Shown here in pieces: positions 25,237-35,974 of a DNA stretch of 47,408 bases. The translations under genes and the position numbers were made by a program. The stretch is from positions 1 through 47,408 of the forward strand of contig DF237573.1 in NCBI GenBank assembly GCA_000708835.1, in the 5' to 3' direction. The notes below the pieces were generated by a model. The model made no database searches. It had not been told where the DNA came from and saw nothing but the letters and a program-made list of their open reading frames with translations. The DNA comes from Klebsormidium nitens (Eukaryota; Plantae; Klebsormidiophyceae). The first letter of the stretch is position 1. Each line of letters begins with the position of its first letter.

Positions 25237-26187
25237 ATGGTGCACCGGAAAAGCTTTGAAGGCATGGGTGAGCTGGTTGCAGCGAGTGGACCTTGCGACT
25301 CGTTGCCAGACGAAGTCCTGCTCCTCATTCTCCGCAAGCTCGCTGAGCAGGACCCCCCTTCCCTGGTTGCGGCGACCCTCGCATCAAGGGCCTTTGACAA
25401 CTTGGCACCACCTCAGTCTCCGCTCTGGAAAGACGCGTTCTGCAAGCAGCTCCAAACATCGCCGCCCTGTGACTCACCAGAAGCACGGGCGCTTGAGAGA
25501 GAGATAGAGTGTTTTGGTGGGTACAAGGGGCTCGTTGCAGCGGTGAATGCGGGCTCAGAGAATCTGAACAAAGTCAGCGGGAGTCCTGCGAAGTCCACTT
25601 TCTTGTATCTGATGCGGAAGTTGAATAGCGGCCGTCTCGTTTGCTGGGGAGGAGGAACCGAGGGTGAGACTAGCAAGCGGGGAAATCTCATGCAAGCCAG
25701 CAAAGATACAAGCTTCATGTTCAGGGCACAAGTTCATCCTCTCCTTCGAGCCGCGGAAATGCGGGAGCTGATGAAAGATGAAAGTTGGGAGCCATATCTC
25801 GGCTACATCTTCCAAAGATCAACGGTTGAGTCAGATTTTGAGAGGTCGAGAGGAGTCCTGGTGAGGGTCTGGACCGTGCCTGTGTCCGTGGTTACCTTCT
25901 TCCAAGCTACCTTGCACTGGCAGCCCCTGCCGGAGCGCGATCCCAACTTTAAGTCACACCACATGTGTCTGATCTACCCCGAGCGTCACAAAGCCGAGCT
26001 CTGCTTGTGCAAAAAGATGGACTACGGAGTCAGCTTGGGGAGCAAACAAGAGAACGTGAGCTACTGCACAATCATTGGCGAGATTGAACTCAAAGACGTG
26101 GCCAGTGCTCAGAACTTTCCCGTGATGGATCTACGCGACTGGTACTTTGGAAGGAGGTTGGGGGATGGAGATTGGTCGGACTTGTAG
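25237..26187 (+). CDS. Intronless F-box protein, copy B (316 aa; second ATG at 25264), with an unrecognised C-terminal domain
   Basis: Uninterrupted ORF with F-box-like CDSLPDEVLLLILRKL...LWK and end-to-end similarity to copy A. Confidence 0.85.
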   Translation: MVHRKSFEGMGELVAASGPCDSLPDEVLLLILRKLAEQDPPSLVAATLASRAFDNLAPPQSPLWKDAFCKQLQTSPPCDSPEARALEREIECFGGYKGLVAAVNAGSENLNKVSGSPAKSTFLYLMRKLNSGRLVCWGGGTEGETSKRGNLMQASKDTSFMFRAQVHPLLRAAEMRELMKDESWEPYLGYIFQRSTVESDFERSRGVLVRVWTVPVSVVTFFQATLHWQPLPERDPNFKSHHMCLIYPERHKAELCLCKKMDYGVSLGSKQENVSYCTIIGEIELKDVASAQNFPVMDLRDWYFGRRLGDGDWSDL

Positions 26188-26506
26188 CGCCACACATACA
26201 CCGAGTTCTTCAGGGCAGTTGTTGCAAGCTAAACAAGATCCATGCCGACAGCCAGATCCATCCATCCAATCAGTTGTCAAATTAGAACGAGACACACATG
26301 ATTGCAAACAACTGACCAGAAGGAGCCAAGGGTGACGGCCCCTTTGATGCCCGTTGAGATATGAACGGCACGTTTGGACTTAGGTCCCTTTTCCCATGCA
26401 GTGGATTTCCGGGCAGTCCTCTAATCAGATCGCCGTACATCAGCAAAGTATGGGTTCACACGTCAAACCGCTATTAGGGGGCCGCACCGACCTCCTAAAA
26501 ATCATG

Positions 26507-26554
26507 TTTACGTCCATCACCCACAGATTTTACGTCCATCACCCACAGATTTTA
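26507..26554. repeat. 22-bp tandem duplication
   Basis: tttacgtccatcacccacagat x2 followed by ttta. Confidence 0.85.
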
Positions 26555-27031
26555 TGTTACATCAACTGCATCTTTGTACACCAGCAAGCTAGTACATAGC
26601 ATGATTATTGCCCTGCGATTAGCAGCGGTACCCTAATTTGAAGCAATCCACCTAATATAGCCGATGATGTTGATTCAGATAAAGAAACGTTTCAACTAGG
26701 TATTCGTCGATCATTCTTCTATCGAGGATAATGCATATACCGTCCATTTGACTTTACAGTACCTCGCCTGCTTCCGATGTCAGCTTCAAGGAGAATTGAT
26801 TGTAGTGCCGGGTCCATTACTCGGTGTTGTGCTTGATTTCTTCAATGATCAAAGCATGATCGAATCTGTAATCCTGCTCGGTGCATGACCTCTTGCCAAC
26901 AGGTGGGCAGAATCATATGGGCTGCACTGAAACTTTGCTCAGCACGATCAGCTCATGTATACAGCTTGCTTCGCAGCATTGGTTGGGCCGATCTGGGCTC
27001 CTAGCGGGTCCACTCTGCCGTGCTTGAGCTG

Positions 27032-30000
27032 CTACCAAGATATCAAGAAGCGGTCGACAACCTTGCACTGATTTGCCTGGAGACAAACGAAGCGCTTCTT
27101 TGATCTTAACAATTTGATGCTTTTATGGACTATATAAAGTTTGGCCTGGTCCACCCGATCTTATTACCGCACGCGGCGGGCTACCTCTAGCTTAGAAAAG
27201 TCTTTGCATGGAGATTGCTCAGTCATATTCTACCTCTCATAATCTCTGTCTACAGTACGACTCCACTACTCTAGAAGTTGTCCAGCTCACTTGTGCTCTG
27301 GGTCAAAGGCTCGCTTCCAAACCCGACGAAAGTCTGGGTAGGCAGATCCAGCGCAGTCGCTTGAACTCCTACCACCTGATCAGCAAGAATAGATGACGTC
27401 TTCCGGTGAAAGCTGTTTCTTTGACTACCAAGCAACTTACTCCTCCGTGAATCTTCTACAAGACTCGCTCCCGAGTCTCCAGCTTGGAACGGCCGTCCGT
27501 CGTTTTGGCCGTTCGTGTCCCCCACATCCTCCTCCACAGGCTTGCTTTCACCTCCATTCCTCTCATCATCTCCCTGGAGCAGCCTCTCAAACCGTTCGCT
27601 CCACGACAAACGGCCCCCTGCGGAAGTTGCGCTGATGTCTGTCTCGCCCTTTTCTTCCTGATGGGCTCTACCAACACTTGTAGAAAATTCACGCGTCACT
27701 GGGTCTGTTCCATCCCCCTCGCTTCCGTTGCTCGACCTCGGACGTTCCGGTCGCCCATCATCTGAATATTCCGTCAGACAAGGGCGTCTTTCCTCTCTCG
27801 TCAAGCCGACTAGATAGGGTTCGCTCCTTCCCGTTAGACCTGTAGAAAACCTCCCCCTATTTGCTAACCCCGAAGCAATTAGCCTCTCGTCTTCCTGAGA
27901 CTCTCGATGTTCAGGCTCCGCTTCTTCTTCTGCATCCCACCCTTCCTCGTTCTCCGCATAAATACCGTCGTCTTCACCTTCTGAAGATTCGTGGCTGGTT
28001 ATTAGCCCCTCGTCAATTTCGGACACGATGGTCGCTCGGTATGAGTCCATTACCAGCTTCAGATACTGCAGAAACAAAAGAGGCAGTGACTTGCCAAGTG
28101 ACCTGTGCGTAGGAGTGCTTTCAAATGGGCAAGTCGCCAAGCATTGCATAGAAATGCACGCAGCAACAAGAAGGCAATGAGGAGCTAGCTCTGCTTAAGA
28201 CCCAACCAAAGCCTAGTGCAATCGAAAGGCGGTCTAGTGGTCTTGCTTTGAAGTACCTGCTCAGGAGGCCCTCGTTGAAAATGGTTGACAGCACTTTGAA
28301 GTGGAGTCTCAAACGAAAGTCAGGACGCACCGACTCCCCAAACGAAGCGCATACCTGATAGGCTGATATCGTGCCTCGTCCACGTTCGCCCCGCGACATT
28401 TTCCGACTGTGGGTTGACTCTAGTTGGCCCTCAAAGAACTGCTCAATAGCATGGCACAGCTCTGCATAAAGGCGGGACGTTTGAGAAGACGAACTCATCT
28501 TCTATGAAAGCTACGTGCTTTCAAATGTACCTCTCCATGCAAGCGGTCTGGAAACGAAATCTTTGGAGCGGGTCAGATCATCTTCTGACTTACAAATTGC
28601 AACCAATGACGATGTAGCTCTGCGGCAGAGGTTGTAAAACGTGAATCCTTCTTTTTTACCAGCGAAAGTACCGCTGAGCTTTCTCTTTCCATGCGGAATC
28701 CGACCGAACCCGGAAACGCTCCAAGCAGCTTTTCCCTATGGTCTGAAGCCTCTCCTTCCAGAGGTCAGTAGTGGCCGCCAGACGATCGCGAATGCTTTAC
28801 CTGCCAGCAGCGGCCCTCCGGCGACCTTCCCCAGCACTGCTCGCGTCATGCTGACGGTCTGCTCTTTGCGCAACGTAGCGGTGGCAAGCCCGGCGTCCGT
28901 GTTCCGGCGAACGTGGGACGGATTCCGCTGCAGCTCGGCGGACACCTTCTGGCGGCAGTACAAAAAGAACTCTAGATCGTCCTGCAATGGCGCGCACTGC
29001 GGTCTATCAGAGTTTACGTCAGAGCGGGGCCCTGGGATTGCAATTACAGCGGAACGATAGCAAGAACAACATGATGGGTGTTGCCTGGAAGCAGATAAAC
29101 GCACGTGAATCGTCATGCCAGTGGTGAATAGATTGAGGTCTTCGATCCTTTATTGACTCCGCTCATGGGTCAAGGTGGGGATCAAAGGCGCAACAGATCA
29201 TTAGTTCATCGAAGAGTTCGGAAAATTAGTCAACATGAGACAGAGTTCCCTTTTGCAAGTCACTTGCAATCCATGAACCTCCCTCTGCTTCGTTCCGAAC
29301 AGGTACGATAACTTTGTGGCTTCGGAGTGAGGGTCTGCTTGCCCTCACATTCGAGTACTGCCCTGCCAGGAACCCCGCAAGACTTGCAATGGCTGGGTGA
29401 AGATCCTGCTGCTCGCCCCTGGCCACGTTACAAAGGAGCTCCCACACTGCGCCCTCAGCCTGCAAGATGCACAGCTTTTTGTAGGCAGACAGGATGAATT
29501 ATGCAGGCAGATTCAAGTGTACCAGATGCAGGCAGCAAGGTCTGTTGGCACTACTAAGCACTGCCGGGATGAACGCATCGCTCAGTAATGTTCTTATTGT
29601 TCTGCTCACAGCATTCTCGGTCCAAAAGGTTGTCAAGAAGCCTCGGCTTAGCGTCACTGAAAAATGTCCACAACATGAGTCAGGTCGGAGAGTGGTCAAA
29701 AGGTCAAAGTCTTATTCGAAATTTTCATTGAGCGGTGCAGTCCTCACCAGTTGGCGGAGTCCGTACTTCTTGCGGTATGTCTGGAGCAGAAACACTGCGA
29801 ACGAAGCGTTTCCTTCCAGTACATCAGAGCCTGAAGTGCTGGGGGCATCTTCTGCGGAGTGGTCCGAGCCCTGGCTGTCGTGGCTCCGCCTTCGGCTCTG
29901 AGTGTAAGCGTCGACTGCGGCTTTCTGCTCTGAGATCTCGAGGGCGTACCGCTTGTCAAAGAGCTCGTCAATGGCCTGCAGAACTGGGACGGTCTCAGGA

Positions 30001-31016
30001 CGAGTGGTGGCAAGGGCTTGACAAGGTAGCAACAAAATAGCAGGCCGGAAGCAGGAAGCTGAGCACATGTTCAACGCAGTAATTGGAGTGGTGCAGCTAT
30101 GCCAGACAAAGCTTTTGAACCGTTTGGAACAGGCATACTTTGAGCAGAACCCTTCAGAGTGATGCTTTATTGGTTGCCATATCAGGCAAGCCAGGTGCTC
30201 AGATGTGCTCGGGGCATCTCAAGGGATTCCACTGCTTCAAGCTCAGCTATGAAACACCAATTCAGAGCAGCCAACACAAAGTTTTCCGCTTCTTGAAGTG
30301 GTTGTAGTAAAGCCCTGAAGTGGTAAAGCTTCTGCATCCTAGAGACCCTAGTGACTTGATTTGTTCTGCATTCCAAGAATTTGCAACGTACCGCTATCCT
30401 GGGGACTTACTTTGAGGATCCAGTTCAGTGGTCGCTGTTTGACGGGGCCCCTTGGCGGCGTCAGCGCTGCCGCCACCTCCTCAAAGCGCTCCGCAGTTTC
30501 CACCACAAATGGCAACGCAAAGTCCTCTGCTCTTAGCTCCCTAGCCTCGGCATTGGACCAGCGTGTCATCACTTTACTGCCCACTTTTGTGAGTGACGCA
30601 CTCTGCCCCCACAGCTTCTCGAGGTGCTGCCTAGCTTTGTGGCCCCTAATCGACCCTTCCAAGCCACTGGCAAAGTGCAGCTCTTCTGGCATCACGTCCG
30701 AGTACTTGCGACCTGAACTGGAGGCCAGATTAGCTGCAGAGTGCGGATCCTCTTGGAAGTCTCTCACCTCGTGAAAGACTTGCTCAGAGTCTTGCATTAA
30801 GCCTTCTCTTTCATTCGACCAGCTCACTCTCCGTTCTGGTGTGGTTTCAAGGTCAGGCGACATCTCCATCTGCAGCACGGCTGTGTATCCTCCCTGGTCA
30901 TCCTTGGAGTACTTTGCCCCAGAGGAGAGCAGCAGCTCCATAACCAGCTGCCGCCGCTCGGGACTGAGAGAAGACAAGACGAGCTCGCGGCGCTCGGGCT
31001 CGTGTGGCACCGCCAT
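27032..31016 (-). CDS. Uncharacterised multi-exon protein (~655 aa) with a helical core and an acidic, probably disordered C-terminus
   Basis: Phase-consistent GT-AG exons 31016-30411, 29975-29748, 29459-29349, 28981-28801, 28461-28355, 28065-27376, and a tentative last exon 27076-27032. The junctions give continuous domain-like text: RPLNWILK|AIDELFDKRY, KKYGLRQL|AEGAVWELL, GQYSN|DDLEFFLYCR. Confidence 0.75.
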
Positions 31017-32160
31017 GCTTCCGCAAGCCTGAGGCCAAATTGAAAGGAAAAGGCCCTTTTGTCAGCTATCGATGGCGGATGCCACTACCTATTTGCAAGC
31101 ATCATGCGCAACCCCCGCGAAAAGGTGGAACGTCCCTTCAAGTCACAGAGGCTGCATCATGCATGTTTCGTATACCCAGAGAAGCCTGAACAGAAACTCA
31201 ATTGGATGTGGGCCCAGGGCCCCAGGTAGCTACAGCCTACAAGGTCAATCGAATGCACTGGTGCAGAGAGTCACACGACTTCTGGATCTGCTGCTGCTGC
31301 TGGACTCGTGTACCGTATGTACCGTTGCAAGCGTCCTGTTCAGATTTGATTGCGGGAACACAGGATTTGAAACTCGGTTGCCCGAATCAAAACCTTGACC
31401 TTGTACAATCTGCGCGCGCGGTGAATGCAAGCAATTCTGCACCATGGGATGGAAGTGACTCCACCGTCGATATAGCGGCTGGGGTTTGCGCGCGGCCGCG
31501 GCCGCGTCGCGGGCCGGCGCTTATAGTAGCCTTCAAATAAGCATATGGCGCATATGCCACCGCAATAGTTGGTATGCTAAGTTGGCAACTGCAGTTTAAA
31601 TGTGCACATGCGCCCGGCGGACCCGCGGTGTACGTACAACAGTTATTATTCAACACATCTGCATCTCTTGCCATAGTAGTGTGAATAAAGAATGCGCGCT
31701 TGACATGGTGGGCGCCGCCGGGCCCCAGCTGGTCACCCGGCAGATCATGTACTAACGCGACACAAGTTAATCACCATGGATATACGCGCGCGCAATAGAT
31801 ACTACTGTAAAATGGGCTCCCGAATTTCAGCTCAGTAGCTGCTCGAGTCCACAATCTACACAGGCGTGCTCATGGTTTGATAGCAATCAATACATGACAA
31901 TCTTGGCATTGTCGTGGTTTACAAACCGAGCTTCTGATTGAGTCTACCTTTGACTCCAATCGGAGGTAGATGAAAATGTGAATTGCGTGACTTCGCTCAT
32001 GATTACATGGATGCCTCCAGACTCTCGACTGTGTTGAGCCGCGTCAAGATCATCGTACTGATCATGCGATATCAACAGAAGACGTTAGCTTGGATGGCGG
32101 ACCCTTTGAGCCGTCACATAAATAAGTTAGTAGCTGTCAAGTATCACAGTTGGCATCTTG

Positions 32161-34695
32161 TCAAGCTGCCTCTCCCCCTTCAAGATTCTGCTTTTTCTAC
32201 CGGTATGCAGCTTCCAAAATCTTAAGGTTCGGCCGGCCGCCAGCCTCATTCGGGAAGATGTAGTCGTAGTACTCCTCCATGCCCTGCGGCGTATTATCCG
32301 CCTCCAGATTCGGCCGTTTCCGCTTCACCTTCTTAGGCATTTTCGCCTCTACCTCCTGCGCCTTTTCAGCGTCCGGGCCGCTACCTTGCTCAAAGTCCCT
32401 CCAGGCTTCCAGCAACAACACTCTTTCTTCCTTGAGATCCGGAGACGCGGCCTTGAGTGACTCGTGGGCGCGCTCGTAAACGGCGCGCGTGCGTGCGTCC
32501 CTTTCTCGTTGTTGGTCTTCTAGTAGACCATTGTCCGGATCCCGTTCTTGCTCCGCGGCCTCGATCTCTTCCTCGAGGGCAACGCTGCTCTCGAATTGGG
32601 CGTAGCTCATCCACACCTGCCGGGCAAGGGGGCGGCAAGGTCAGTAAAGGAGGACTCCACGCATCCGTGGCAGCTCGTTCAAGAATCAAACAGGGAAAAG
32701 GATACATGTATCCTTGGCTTCTCGCGACGCTTTGTAACAGTGTTTAAAGTGCCCAACGGCTCCATGGTGATACTTCTTCAGGAACACTTCCAACTTTGAA
32801 TGGTAAGGCGGTGAGCGAACAAACGTTCAGAAACACTAAAAGCACTTAAAAGTGGGCCTGAGGATCACCACTGAGCACAAAAGGCCGCCAGATCGACAAG
32901 CTGAGTGCGGAGATGACCAATCAGAAATTGGCCGATCTCAAAACCAAACTTTTTCTGTATTTCGTAAATCATTTCCCACGTCCAATACGTACGATTTAAA
33001 CAACGCCGCAACGACTTCTTAAAGCTGCAAACAAGCACAAAAAAGAACACCGCCCATTTGCCCAACCCCAAAGGTCCAAGAAAGATTCCCTGTACTTGCA
33101 CAAACAAGAACGATGTCGAAGTCATATTCCCCACCTTGACGTGCTTCGTCCGGTTGAGCAGCCGCTCCGTACAGCTCGCGCGCGCGCCCGTACTCGCCCT
33201 CTCCGATCTCAAAGTCGATGTACGCTTTTCAGAGCAGCTCCGGCGTGTCCAGCACCGGCTGCGCGATCGCCAGCTCGAAGATGCCGCGCGCGCGGTCAAA
33301 CTCGTTGAGCGTCCGCTCTAGTTCCGCAAACTTGGTCCAGGCGTAGCAGCTGCTAGGCGCCCACTCTAGATACTTCTCGTACAGCTGCCGGCACCGGTCT
33401 ACCTCGGCCGGCGTCAGCTCGATGCGATGTACGTCCGGAAGATCTGCACAGCGAAAAGGAAGGGCGTCCGAAAGGGTCCAAGAAGCAGCGGAACAGAAGC
33501 GGAAAGAACAGGAGGAGAATAAGAGGGCAAACTACCTTTGGGTCTGTTTGGCGTCTTCCACGAAAATACCAATCTGGGGTAGAACAACATGGATGTCTTA
33601 AGAAGTTAAGCAAAGCAATATATCTCCGTCTATCTCAGAGGCCACAATGCCAGGCAGAATGTATATTGCTCTTTCGATCATGTGTGGGAAGGACCATGGA
33701 GATAAACGTCGCAGCCGTCTGTGTCCTGCTGCACGAGCACAGCCGATGTAACCAGGAACCAACATCCCCACACGACCAAAAAAAGAAGTGCATCTTTTTA
33801 AAACCGCATACTAGACGATTGCAGCCCGCAGCACGCACCTTGTCTTTGGGCGCCATCCCAAGGGCAGTCCCCAGAATCTTTCGCGCTGCCGCAAGGTCCT
33901 TTTGCCGGATCTCGAACTGCGCGGCCATGATCCAGATCTTGCTGAAGCTAAACTTCTTGTGGGGTATCATCCGCAAACACTCGCGGTAGACGTCCCGCGT
34001 CCGCTCCGGGTCGTCCGCCTCTAGTTCCTCGTACAACGCGTAGTTGATCCTGGATATAGAGACCGGGACCAATTGAGAAACCATCTGATATACCTTCTGA
34101 TCGTCGGATACTGGTCTCTCTTTAACCAGAGACTTTCGAAAGCGACGAGCTATCTGTAAAGTGGCACCTGGTCATTGACGTGTTGCCTGTGGACAACCGT
34201 CAAGACGAAAAGGACAATGATCAAGAGTTTGCACAACATCCAAGCGATCGTTTCCGTGCTGGTAAAAGCAAACCAACACAGTCAACAAATGTACACTTTT
34301 TTTAAAGAGCGGAGTTGAACGCGTGTGCTGGCTTACCACAGGTAGATGTATCTTTGCCAGTAGCGCTTCTCCTCTGCAGGCGGGATGTTTGCAATGGCCC
34401 TCTCGTACACCTCCCGCACCTTCTCCGTGTCGCCGTTGCTCTCCTCTAATCGCACGTAGTCGAACCACGCGTCGTAGTTCAGCGAGTTCTTCTTCACGTC
34501 CTCCTCGTATTGGAACCTGGGGGCAGCAGTAAGGCCGTTCAGTAAGTGTGTGAAGTCATTTCGACGCATTCGTTGCTTGTCCCGTCGTATTTCGAATTCT
34601 TCTTCAACGAATGACGAATGTTCAAAAGGAAGGATGATGATAGTCTGCAAGCAATTTCATCACACTTATCAGCTATACACCGGTTCCGTTACTAA
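32161..34695 (-). pseudogene. Partial duplicate of crooked-neck (exons 7-10 with their introns), pseudogenised
   Basis: Exon copies at 34516-34337, 34049-33839, 33443-33135 and 32616-32161 keep GT-AG sites. Lesions: -1 at ~33425, TGG>TGA at 33229-33231, +1 at ~33167, TGG>TAG at 32197-32199. Homology to the main gene ends inside intron 6 (~34695 vs ~38388). Confidence 0.9.
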
Positions 34696-35974
34696 TACTA
34701 AGTGAACGGGCGAGTGCTTGAGGCTAATGAGAGTGTACCAGGAGTGCAACAGGAGCAGAGATTTTTGCAGTCATGTGAAGTTGCGGGTATTCCATAGGGT
34801 AATTGTCTGTTAGTCAGTCAAGGTACACTACAATGCTGGGGTTTTGCGTAAGACATCAGTGTAAAGTGGATTGAAAGCAGCTAGAGTCGCCAAGGTTGTT
34901 CTGGATCAAGTTGCACGAATACATCACCAGTGACTCTCGGATGTATGAGCTTCATAGGTTTGCAGCCAGAGGAGTTACAGATTCATCGAGATTGTAAATT
35001 CTATGGGTGTTGTTCCGCCGCTGCATGGTGTTGCCATTTGTCCACATCCTTATAATGGCCAGGCTGCATGCTTTTTGGCGTTGTAATCATATGGTATACG
35101 CTGCACTTTGAGCTAGCTAAGGCAGTACTGCACATCGATCCTGTCAAGTCGTAGTTCATCATTGTTTTGTTATGGTTTAGGACGGCCGGCAGCCCGGTAG
35201 GCCTGAGACAAATGCGTAATCCTAGGAGCGTTCTTATGTTGTATGAAGTACATGCTGGGCCCAGCCTTACTTGCCTACGAGACCCCAACACGTCTTAATC
35301 AATACCCATGAAGTGCATATATGGTAATCACTAATGCCGCGGCATGTCAAGTTTTATAATATGGCTCACACGTTGTTGAATGATGTTCTCTTTTGATGAT
35401 GCTGCCTAGCTGAGCGCCCTCGCCAGTGCGCCGCCATGGTCATGCATGTGCGTACAGGACTCGTAATATTGCTCGTGCGGTGTTTACTAATGGTAAAAGA
35501 AACCTCGATGAACTGAATGGTATGACGGTCACAATACATGCCGCGGCCCTACTGCATAAGTTACCGAAATGATTTGAAATTGAGCATATCAACCGTTGAA
35601 CGGCTCGATCATGTAATTCACTGAACCAGATAAGTAAACGGGATAAGTTGGACAGATTGCCCGGCGCGCTGCATCCAGCGAGATCCGACCGATGGACAAT
35701 GGAAAATTTGGCCTGCGCATACGATCAAAGGGATCCACTAAATCATGCCGCGTACAGTAACTTGCAGCGGCCCCCTTCTTTCTGGTAAGTTGCAGGGCCC
35801 AGTGCAATGATTCAACTCGATTACAGAACACTTGAACCCGTCAATCTGACGGGGCCGACAATGTGCTGCACTCTGCACATCAGGGGTCGCCAGGTATACT
35901 AATAAGTAGATGCAGGACAGAGCCAACATGTGTATCCCGTGGTAGCTGTGATGTACATACGAAGTGTTGCCCCG

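Larger units (their letters stand above)
21990..28070. repeat. Old direct tandem duplication, unit ~3.0-3.07 kb (approx. 21990-25000 and 25000-28070)
   Basis: Collinear matches at a near-constant offset. Promoter motif gcgcggccgc..cgtgc..cagtg at 22089 and 25052. F-box ORFs at 22258 and 25264. tcgcctgctt(a/c)cgat at ~23708 and ~26765. cctccattcctctc...cgttcgctccacga...gttgcgctgatgtctgtc at ~24482 and ~27551. Boundaries are approximate. Confidence 0.85.
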
